A stretch of DNA of 64,000 nt from Squalus acanthias. Lineage: Eukaryota. The notes beneath the pieces are model-generated. The model had not been told where the DNA came from. It made no database searches and worked only from the letters and a program-made list of their open reading frames with translations. Positions within the stretch are counted from its first letter, which is position 1, and the number at the start of each line of letters is the position of its first letter. Positions 53,546 to 64,000 of this stretch are shown here, piece by piece. The DNA lies in NCBI GenBank assembly GCA_030390025.1, contig JASTWF010000048.1:1302001-1366000 (forward strand), in the 5' to 3' direction. The translations under genes and the position numbers were made by a program.

Positions 53546-53664
53546 CGTTGAGGGCAATCGACGATCTGAAGCCAGGGATGGGGACTGACAAAGTGAGCGA
53601 AGCTAATTATTACGCATATGCAAATTCCAAGGTCAGATCCGGACGTTGCGCAGTTACACAGTAA

Positions 53665-55370
53665 GAAAGAACTTGCATTCCTAAAGCGCGTTTTACGACC
53701 TTAGAACGACCCAAAGCGCTTTGCTACCAATGAAGTGCTTTTCACGTGTAGCCACTGACGTAATATAGGAAACGCGGCAGACCAATCTGTGGAGAGCAAG
53801 ATCTCACCAAGGGGAATGTGATACGTCTGCTTTTAAATGATTTTAATTCAGGGCAACATATTGGCCAGGACAACGGGAGAAATGCAAAATAGTATGCGTG
53901 CGAAACTTAACGTCCACCTGGGAGGGAGGCCAGAGCCTAGGTTTAAGTACTACGTCAATACTGCCCCTCCGACAGTGCAGCAATCCTTCAGCACTGCCGC
54001 TGCTACAGTGCAGCGATCCCTCAGCACTACCCCTCCGACAGTGCAGCGCTCCCTCAGCACTACCCCTCCGACAGTGCAGCGCTCATTCAGTACTGCGCCT
54101 CCGACAGTGCAGCGCTCCCTCAGTATTTCCCCTCCAACAGTGCAATGCTCCCTCAGTACTGCCCCTCCGACAGTGCAATGCTCCCTCAGTACGACAGCTC
54201 CGACAGTGCAGCGATTTCTCAGTACTGCTCATCCAACAGTACAGGGTTCCCTCGGTACTGCCCCTCCAACAGTGCAGCGCTCCCTCAATACGGCCGCTCC
54301 GACAGTGCAGCGCTCCCTCAGTACTGCCCCTCCGACATAACTGCCCTCCCTCAGGACTGCCTCTCTGACATTGCAGCGCTCCCTCAGTACTGCCCCTCCG
54401 ACAGTGCAGCGCTCCCTCAGTGCTGCGCCTCCAACAGTACAGCCCTCCCTCAGTACTGCGCCTCCGACATAGCAGCGCTCCCTCAGCACTGCCCTTCCGA
54501 CAGTGCAATGCTCCCTCGTTACTGCCCCTACAACAGTGCAGCATTCCCCTCAGTACTGCCCCTCTGAACGTGCAGCACTCTGTCAGTACTGCCCGTCCGT
54601 CATTGCAGCACTTCCTCAGTACTGCCCCTCCGACAGTCCAGCTTTCCCTCAGTACCGCCTCTCCGAAGGCGCAGTGCGCCCTCAGAACTATCACTTCGAT
54701 AATGCAGCGCGCCCTCAGTACTGAACCTCCGAAATTGCAGCACTCCCTTAGCACTGCCCCTGCGACAGTGCACCACACCCTCAGTACAGCTCATCCGAAG
54801 GAGCAGCGCTCCCTCAGTACTGCCCCTCCAACATTGCAGCGCTCCCTCAATATTGACCCACTGACAGTGCAGCACCTTCTCAGAACTGATCTCCGACAGT
54901 GCAGCGCACCCTCAGAATAGCCCCTCCAAAAGTACGGCACTCCCTCAGAACTGACCTCCGACAGTGCAGCGCTCCATCATTGCTGCCCCACCTCAGTATT
55001 GCACTCCGACAGAGCAGTACTCGGTCAGTGCTGCCCATCTGACAGGGCAGAAGTCCCTGAGTACTGCCCCTCCAACAGTGCAGCACTCCCGCAGTGCTGC
55101 CCCGCCAACAGTGCAGCACTTCCTCAGTACTGTACAGCGACAGAGCAGCACTCCGTCAGTGCTCACCCATCCGACAGTGCAGCATTCCCTTAGTACTACC
55201 CCTCCGACAGTGCAGTGCTCCCACAGTTCAGTGCTCCAAAAGTACTGCCCCTCCCACAGAGCAGCAGTCCCTACATTCTGCACTGTATCCACTCAGGTGT
55301 CTGGAGAGTGAAGCGAACCCACAACCGTCTGTCTCAGAGGCGCAAATGGTACGAACTCAGCCGGAGCTGA
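53665..55370 (-). repeat. SINE containing a ~1.3 kb 33-bp minisatellite (~53950-55280)
   Basis: Same unit; tRNA-like head at ~55300-55370. Confidence 0.9.
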
Positions 55371-57654
55371 TAATTTAAGACTTATTCTACAAAGATCCCT
55401 GAAGAAGTTTGTCAGATTGACCAACTTGTGATCAGTGAAACTATTCTGATTAGTTAATGAATCTTGAGGAGTACGGCTTCTGCAGTGGACTTGAATGATG
55501 TCAGAGCTGAGGGACTTCAGTTATGCGGATAGACGAGAGAAGCTGAGATTGTTCTCCTTGAAGCGGAGATGGTTAAGCACATATTCACCACAAGGTTACC
55601 AGGATTTAGAGACTTCTGTAATGAGGAGAGAATGGTGAATCTGGAATTTTATTCTCCTTCGAGCAGAGCTGGCTAATGGGGAGATTTAATGTGCTCAACC
55701 TGATAGAGAATACGGGGAGAAACTGTTCCACTGGAGGAGCTTCGGTAAGCAGAGCACTCAGGTTTCGGATCATTGTCAAAAGTATCCGAAGTGTAGATCA
55801 AAAGAATCCGTTTAAATCAGAAACCTATTATGATACGGAATGTACTGCCTGAAAGTGCGATGGAAGTAAATTCAATAGTAGGTTTCAAATGGGAATTGGT
55901 TATACCCTTGAAACGGAACATAAATTAAGGGCTATTGGAAAAGAGCAGTGGGTGGGACTAATTGCATAGGGGAGACTAAAACTAGTGGTCAAAACTATAA
56001 CACAGTCACGAATACATCCAGTAGGGAATTCAGGAGCAATCTACTTCCCGATAGATTGGTGAGAATGTTTAACTTGTTACCACAAGAAGTGGTTGAAGTA
56101 AATAGTATCGACGTATTTAAAAGGAAGCTATATAAGGACATGAGCGAGAAAGGGTTAGAAGGACAAGCTGATATGCTGAGATGAAAAGGGGTGTGAGGAG
56201 GATCATGTGGAACTAATTGGATCGCGCTTTCTACCAGCCGGACAGGGCTCGATGGGCCGAATTGCCTCCTTCTGTTCTGTACCTTAAATGATTCTATAAA
56301 CCACAGAACATTGTTGCGTTAAAGTTCCCTCCAGTTTCAGGCAGTGCGGATTTCAGTTCCCATTTGCGAAAAGAGAATGAAAGGGTTAAATTCTTCGCGG
56401 GGCTGCACTCCTAGATTCTTTGAAAAACACATCAAATGACATCAAGAGTCTGATAGACAGGTGGGTTAACGGTTTTAAACAGACACTCAAACATCTGTCA
56501 GGAGGCAGGTGTTCCAGTGAGAAACGGATCTGGAGCAGCATCTCGCCTTTGCACAGGGTGAATATCCGTCACCCGTTTAAAGGTTCTGAGATGAACTATT
56601 TCCTACTTATATGGGGTCGTGCCCATTAGAGCAGAAAAGGTTAAGGGGAGTTTTGAAAGAGCTGTTCAAAAGCATGATTTTTTTCCATGGATTCAGTAAG
56701 GAGAAACTGTATCCAAACGCAGGAGGGTCGATAATCAGAGGAGACAGATTAGGGCAATTGACAAAAGAGCCAGTGGGCGAGATGAGTCGAATATTTCTCC
56801 TCAGTGAATTGTTATGATCTGCAATGCACTGTCTGAACGGGTTGTGTAGCAGATTCAATAGTAATATTTAAAAGGCAATTGGAGAAATACTTGAAGCGGA
56901 ATTATATTCAGTGCTATGGGGAACCGGTCTGGGTATTGTGACCAATTGGATAACTCCTTCAAAATTCCGGCACGATGGACCGAATGGCCTTCTTCTGTGC
57001 GATATCATTCTATGATTCTATGAAAATCAGCGCATCTCTCGTCGCTATTGTGATAGCGCAATTAACAGGTGGGATAAGCACCTCCTCTGATAGCGTGAGC
57101 TTGGGAAAATTTCACTGGTATAATCGGGAGCTATGCGTAATTCCTTCCCATTTCCCGACGTCCGTTCTTTCAACACTAACATGAACCCATTTACCCAACC
57201 TCATAATCTGTTGTTAAAATGTAGCGGATCCCTTAATGAAAAGGACATCCGAAATGTTGAAGCAGAAAATTTAATAATGAATAATCTATAGAAATATTCT
57301 GAAGCGAAAGTGAAGAAGATGAATCAGTATGAATAAAAAAGTAATCCATTATATCACATTTATTTGAACTGTATGATTAATGAATAGCGATAGATACATG
57401 ATAAAACTCTATATTGATATATGGTAGATAGATAGATAATGAGATAGATCGATTAGATCTGGATAGACAGATCGATGACAATTCGATGCATAGATAGCAG
57501 ATGGATAGAGAGATAGATAATTAGTTCGATAGATAGATAGACTGACAGACAGACAGGCAGATAGATAGGTAAATGGGTAAAGACACACACAAACAGACTG
57601 ACAGACGACAACGAGACAGATCTGTCTCGCACGGTTATTCCCTGCCGACTTTGG

Positions 57655-57693
57655 GGTTTTTGTTGATCTCCTCCATCTCTCTGAGTCACTGTG
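57655..57693 (-). other. 23-RSS of A6
   Basis: CACAGTG-23-ACAAAAACC. Confidence 0.97.
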
Positions 57694-58568
57694 CAGACTC
57701 CAGGCGCAGTAATACACGGCCGAGTGATTCGCCCGCAGACTGGTGGACTCCAGGTAGAAGTGGGTGTTGTCAGGTCTCCTGGCGGTGAATCCATCCACCT
57801 CACCAGACGGTGTCACCATTTCGGCGACATTCGAATAGAAAAGGTTTTCAGGCTCCGTGTTAGGATGCCAGCGGTACCAGTAGAAATAGCTTACAGCTGT
57901 TGCTTTTGTGTAAAAGCACTCGATACGAACTGGAGTGCCCGGGGAACTGGATATGGAAGCGGGAGTCTGTTCGATCAGCACGGCCTGCACATCTATAAAA
58001 CAGCGAAAGAGAGAGTGACAGATAAAAACAGGGAGACATTGCATATAGATACCCACCTTGAAGTGGCAGAGTAGGGGAGAGAGTGAGTGAGGGCGAGAGT
58101 GGGCGAGAGAGGCAGACAGACACAGCGAGATGGAGAGAGAGACAGAGACAATGGCAGATAAAGAATGAGATACAGAGAGATAAACCGAGGGAAAGTCGTA
58201 ATATCGACAGAGGACGAGAGGGAGCACACGAGGAGAGAGCGATAGAAAACAGTAAGAAAGAAAGAGAGAAACAGAGAGAGACTCACAAAGAGAGAGTGGG
58301 AGACAAGGGGTATATAAATGGACAGTCAGGTAGGAAGACAGATAAACAGAAATACAGCGGCAGAGAGTAGGGCAGAGAGTGTGAGAGGCAGAAAGAAGGA
58401 GACAGACAGAGAGAGCAAAATATAAATCGAGGGAGAGAGAATCTACACCAGCCCGCGGTGTGAAGTGACACACGGGGAAATAATAGTGAGGGTGGCTGAA
58501 ATCTCACAGCCCAGCTCCAGCTTACCCGTTAACATCAGCAACACAACCCAAAGCTGAGACCCAGCCAT
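57694..58568 (-). CDS. TRBV: TCR V gene A6 (TRBV30-like); coding region intact, promoter decamer deleted
   Basis: Leader 58568-58526 MAGSQLWVVLLMLT; V exon 57992-57694 open to YYCAWSL. Confidence 0.9.
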
Positions 58569-61484
58569 CTCTGGAGGGAGAAAGATCCGGATGTTTATGA
58601 GCCGTTTTATTGTAGAATATCTCAAAGCTCTGAGCAATCAGTGGAATTTACTGTCCCATTCTCTCCAATGTTAAACTTTCGGATAGAAGGGGCCAGTCTC
58701 TCTTCATTTGTTCATTGGCTCCCACATCAGGGATGGTCATTTCTGGGGCGGGGCAAATGAGGAACCCGGTAAATGGCGGCCTGTCTCCTCCCTTTCATGG
58801 CGGGGCCTCTGCAGCTGACTGCACGGACGGCAATGGTGGAACGACTAAAATTCGGGGTTGCGGAAGGCCCAGAATTCCAAGAACGCAGATATTCCGTACG
58901 GTTGTGGAGCTGGAGAAGGTTTCAGAGAGGGTGGGGCGAGGTCACGGAGGCATTTGATAGCATGCATGAGAATATTAAAATGGAGCCGTTGCTTAACCGG
59001 GAGCCAATGAAGTTCAGCGAGCACAGGATTGAAGGGTGAACGGGACTTGTTACGAATTAGAATAGGGGCAGCACAGTTATATTTTAGGGAGGGTGTATGA
59101 TGGGTGCCGGCCAGTAGGGCGTTGGGATAGTCAAGTCTGGAGGTAACAACAGCATGGATCAAGGGTTACAGAAACGGATGAGCTAAAGCAGAGGCAGAAT
59201 CGGTGATGTTACGGAGGTTTAACTAGACGGTCTTAATGTTGGCGCGAAGTTTTGCAGTGGTGAGCCCCAAGGGTCAGTTTTGTAGACATTAATATTTGCA
59301 AATTTAGAAACGACCTAGACTGGGGTGTAGGGAGCAGTATTATAAAGTTGTCAAATGATACGCGACTTGTCAAAGTAGCAGATAGTGACGAGGATAGTTA
59401 TAGGCTTCAGGATGATATAGACAGGACGGCGAAATCGACAGAAGCATGGCAGATTGTGTTCAATGTGGAGAAGTGTGAAGTGGTCCAATTTGGAGCGCTA
59501 ATATGGAAGGACAGGATACTATAAATGGCCGATTTTGCAAAGTGTAGATGAGCAGATAGACCTTGCTGTCCATATACACAAATCCTTAAATTATTGGTAA
59601 TGTGGTTAAAAAAGCACATGGGTTACTCGGGTTTATAAATCGAACAATAGAAAATAAAAGCCAAGAGATCATACTGGAACTTTATAAATCATCAGTGAGG
59701 CCTCAGCTGGTATATTGTGGACAATTCTGGCACCAAACTGCAGGAAAGATGGTAAAGCCTTAGAAAGGGAACAGAGGTGGTTCACCAGGATGTTACCACG
59801 GATGAAGGATTTCAGATAAGAGGAGTAGTTGGAAAAGATAGGCCTGTTCTCCTTGCAACATAAAAGTTTAAGAGGTGACCTAATAGAGATATTCAAGATG
59901 ATGAGAGATTTTTTTTCACTAACCGAGTTGCCTGCAGCTGAAAAGTTCTTCCTGCAGTGGTGGTGGAAGCCGATCAATCAATAATTTTAAAAGGGAGTTG
60001 GACAGGTCCGGGAGGATGAGGAACTAACAGTGTTATGGGCAAAAAGTGGGGATGTGGGACAAAGCAAAACTGCTCCTTCAAAGAGCCAGCGCAGTCACGA
60101 AGGATCGAATGGCCTCCTTCTGTGCTGTAAGTTCATGTAATTCTGTATGTTGTCGGAAGCTCATCTCGGGATCAACTATAACACCAAGATTGCGACAGTC
60201 TGGTTCAGCCTCGGAGAGTTGCCAGTGAGAGAGATGGACTCAGATGTTATGGAACAGAGTTTATGGCGGGGACTGAAGACAATGGCTTCGCTGATCCGAA
60301 TATTTAGCTGGAGGAAATTTCTGCTCATCCGGTACTGGATGTCGGACAAGCAGTGTAATGAATCAGAGACAGTAGCGTAAACGAGTGTGAGGCAGAGCTG
60401 TGTGCCGTCAGCGTACATGTGCAACCTTACGTTGTGTTTTTGCATGATGTCGCCGAGGAGCAACATGTAGATGAGAAATAAGTCGGAGGGCAAGCATAGA
60501 TCCATAGGGGAATCCAGAGGTAACAATGCCGGAGCGGTGAATGAATCACAATGTGCAGATTATTAAGTTCCTTCTGCCAATCCAAAGACAGAGTGAAGGT
60601 AAATAAAGTGCATTATTTATTGGGAACATGCGAGAGAGATACAACATCTCTAGAAAGCAGCAGACATGAGGAAGTTTAACTGTGTTTTTGTGCTAAAAGT
60701 TCGGTAACTGAAAGGGTTAGAGAAACAACGGAGTTGACCATTCAGGTGATTCGGACATCTGCGGCGCCATTGCACCTTCTGTGAGAAAGCAAGTCTTGGC
60801 ACAGGCTAGAGAGAAGCTAGAGCGTCAGCTAGAGGCAAGAACGTGCAACTACAAGGAACTGGGACTTGTTACTTTCCAAGTACAACTGATTTGGTGGGTA
60901 TTTTCAAATCATGTGCTGAAATTGACCCGCTTTCCAATTATTTTCTCCTCTCCTACAGATGTTGACGATCTTACATAGAATTACATCGAATTTATAGCAC
61001 GGAGTCCTGTCCAATTGTTCCATGCAGGGATGTATCCTCTGCACGAGCCTCCTCCCACCTCACTTCATCTCACCCTATCAGCAGAACCTTCTACTCCTTT
61101 CACCCTAGTGTCTGTATCCAGCTTCTATGGTATTTGCCTCAAGCAGTCATTGAGGGAGTAGATTCCACATTCTCACCACTCTCTGTGTAATGAGGTTTCT
61201 CCTGAATTCCTGTTTGGATTTTGTAGTGACTAATTTATATACGTGGTTCGCATTTTGTATCAACATCATAAGTGGAAAGATAAGGTCTACGTCTACCCTA
61301 TCACATCCTTCCATAATCTTAAATTAATCCAAGTTTGGTCTAACAACGCTATATGGAGACCAGCACTGTGTACGGTATTCTAAGTGTGGTCTAACTAAGT
61401 TACATGGAGATTAGAACTGAGCGCTCCGCGCTGTTCTCTGAATCCTCTGTAAAATTACACGAGTCTGACGGCAGTTAGTCTGAG

Positions 61485-61523
61485 GGTTTTTGTCGAGGCG
61501 GCGGATGACTCTGAACCGCTGTG
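61485..61523 (-). other. 23-RSS of C5
   Basis: CACAGCG-23-ACAAAAACC. Confidence 0.95.
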
Positions 61524-62323
61524 TCCCAGCAGCAGCTGCACAGAAATACACAGCCGCATCCGTGAGTTTAACGCTGCCGATCTTCAGAGTGGATTTCTTA
61601 TTTTCGATAGTCTTCGTAATTGCAAACCCGCTCTCAAAACCCTCTCCATACTGAGCTTCACTGCTCACATAAACAGACCCGATGTAGGTGAATCCTTGTC
61701 CAGCGGATTGCCGATACCACAGCATGTTATTGCGGGCGGTTCCATTCTGATAACAATTTAACTCGGCCTCTCCTCGCTGATCAACAGTAATCGAAGTCGG
61801 CCACTGATGGATCACATCCGCCAGCGGACAGTCTGAAAAAGAGGCGGCAGAGATGATAAAAACAATCGGATCTCATTGAGAAACTCGGTTGGCTTTTCAA
61901 ATAAAGCCCGGGGCGGAAAACCGCCATTGTGGAGACACCGATTCGCAAACGCCAGTTACGATTTACACGATAATTCTGTGATTATCACCGAATTAACAAC
62001 ATAATGGCGATTATCTGAGAGTTAGGTAAGAAAGAACGAGATTCTGCAACTTTGAATTATAATGAGAACAATCTACGCATTAATAAATATTACAACAGCT
62101 AAAATGACATTAAGCGCCTTAAGTTTAGTAGGTTAAAATAAATTGTCGATTTAAATATTTGATTGCTCATAGATAATTGCTTGTTAATCATGATCGAAAA
62201 CGCAATGAAGTTTAGTTGATATTTTCATGAATGGATGATACCAGTACATCACTTATAATTGTTCAACATTATCTTACTGGGTGCCAGCAATAAAAGAACA
62301 ACGACTAACAAATTGAAATGCAT
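61524..62323 (-). CDS. TRBV: TCR V gene C5, apparently functional
   Basis: Leader 62323-62278 MHFNLLVVVLLLLAP; V exon 61832-61524 open to YFCAAAAG. Confidence 0.9.
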
Positions 62324-62444
62324 CGTTGAGGGCGATCGACGATCTAATGCCCCAAATGGGGACTGAGAGAGAGAGCGAGGCTAATTATTACGCTTATGCA
62401 AAATCCAACGTCAGAACTGGAAGTGGCGTAGGTAAAACGAAAAA

Positions 62445-63556
62445 AAGAGCTTGCATTTCTAAAGCGCGTTTCACGACCGAAGAACGTCACAAAGCGCTTT
62501 GCAATCAGCGAATTACCTTCGAAGTGCAGTCACTGTCGTAATATAGGAAACGAGGCAGCCCAATCGGCGCTCAGCAAGATCCCACAAAGAGCAATGTGAT
62601 TCATCAAAAGATAATCTACTTTTAAGTGATTTTGTTTGTGGTAAACATATTGGCCAGGACAACGGGTGAACTACGACATAGTATGCGCGCGAAACTTTAC
62701 CTCCACCTGAGAGGGAAAAGAGGTTCAGGTTTAAGTATTCCCTCAGTACTGATTTCCAAATATCCAGCGCTCCCGCAGAACTATCACTCCGGCACAGCAG
62801 CAATACCTGAGGACTGCACCTCCGACATGGCAGCATTTCCCTCACTACTGCCACTCTGAACGTGCAGCGCTCCCTCAGTACTGCCCCTCCAACAGTGCAG
62901 CATTACATCAGTATTGCCCCTCCGACAGTGCCGCACTCCATCAGCACTGCACGTCCGCCAGTGCAGCGCTTCCTCAGTACTGCATTTCCCACAGTGCAGC
63001 GTTCCCTCAGTACTGCTCCTCCGACAGTGCAGTATTCCAACATTATTGCCCCTCCGACAGTGCAGCTTTTCGTCAGTACTGCCCTCCGACAGCGCGGCAC
63101 TTCCACAGTACTGCCCATCTGAACGTGCAGTGCTCGCTCAGTGCTGCCCCTCCGACGGTGCAGGACTCCGTCAGTACTGCCCCTCCGCCAGTGCAGCACT
63201 CCGTCAGTACTGCCATTCCGACAGTGCAGCATTCCATCAGTATTGCCGCACCCGACAATGCAGCTCTCCGTCAGAACTGCCCTCCGACAATGACGCGCTG
63301 CCTCAGTACTGCCCCTCCGAAAGTGCAGCATTCATTCAGTATTGCCCTCCGATAGTGCAGCGCTCCATCAGTATTGTCCCTCCGATAGTGCAGCGCTCCC
63401 TCAGTTTTACCCTCTGACAGCGCATCACTTCCTCTGTACTGCCCGTCCGATAGTGCAGTATTCCCTCAGTGATTTCCTCCGAAAGTGCAGCACTCCATCA
63501 GTACTGCCGCTTCGAGAATGCAGCACTTCCTCAGTACAGTCCCCCTGATAGTGCAT
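62445..63556 (-). repeat. SINE remnant with a 33-bp minisatellite (~62740-63556); head deleted
   Basis: Same structure as 10945-11960. Confidence 0.88.
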
Positions 63557-64000
63557 CCTGATTCGGAATGCACTGCCTTAAAGTGCGATGGAACTGAATT
63601 CAATAGTACATTTCAAATGGGAACTGGCTATACATTTGAAAAGGAACATAAATTAAGGGGCTAAAATGAAAAGAGAAAATGCTGGAAATACTCAACAACA
63701 GGTCAGGCAGCATCTGTGGAGAGAGAAACAGAGTTAACGTTTCAGGTCGATGACACTTCGTTTTTATAAATTAAGGGCTATTGGATAAGAGCGGAGGTTG
63801 GGACTATTTGTATAGGGGAGACCAAAACTCGTGGTCATAAATATAACATAGCCACGAATACATCTACTCTGGAATTCAGGAGCAATCTACTTACACAAAG
63901 ATGCATTTTAAAGGAAGCAATATAAGGACAGGCGGGAGAAACGGATAGAAGGATATGCTGATGTGGTGTGATGAAAATGGCTGGGAGGAGAATCATGTGG

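Noticed and set aside
53950-55280. GACAGTG in each minisatellite unit as an array of cryptic RSS heptamers
   Set aside because: The essential first C of CAC is missing in nearly all units and there are no nonamers.
57409-58473. Long ORFs extending the V exons through Leu/Ser/Cys-rich sequence
   Set aside because: Read-through of the CT-rich intron and RSS; the true structure is a spliced leader plus V exon.

Overview
Eukaryotic DNA, very probably from a cartilaginous fish (inferred from CR1, L2 and Penelope fragments, a Deu-domain SINE and the V-gene style). The window is part of a germline T-cell receptor V-segment array, most likely TCR-beta (TRBV). Six copies of a ~10.6 kb cassette, plus the start of a seventh, lie in tandem with all genes on the minus strand. 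Each complete cassette carries three V genes of three families, each with a leader exon, intron, V exon and a 3' 23-spacer RSS. Family A (VLIEQTP...YYCAWS, TRBV30-like) has 6 copies: 4 intact and 2 pseudogenes. Family B (GKVQQSP...YYCAWRL, related to A) has 5 copies, all disabled, each by different lesions. Family C (DVIHQWP...YFCAA) has 5 intact copies plus an orphan leader at the window start. One cassette lost its C gene and another lost its B gene by deletion. No D, J or C segments are visible. Each cassette also holds a SINE whose internal 33-bp motif has expanded into a minisatellite of very variable length, family-specific promoter motifs (TCR-beta decamer, PBX/PREP-type decamers, Ig-type octamer) and a candidate CTCF site. 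Most ORFs in the supplied track are repeat or antisense artefacts. V-gene and RSS coordinates were counted by hand; repeat boundaries are approximate.
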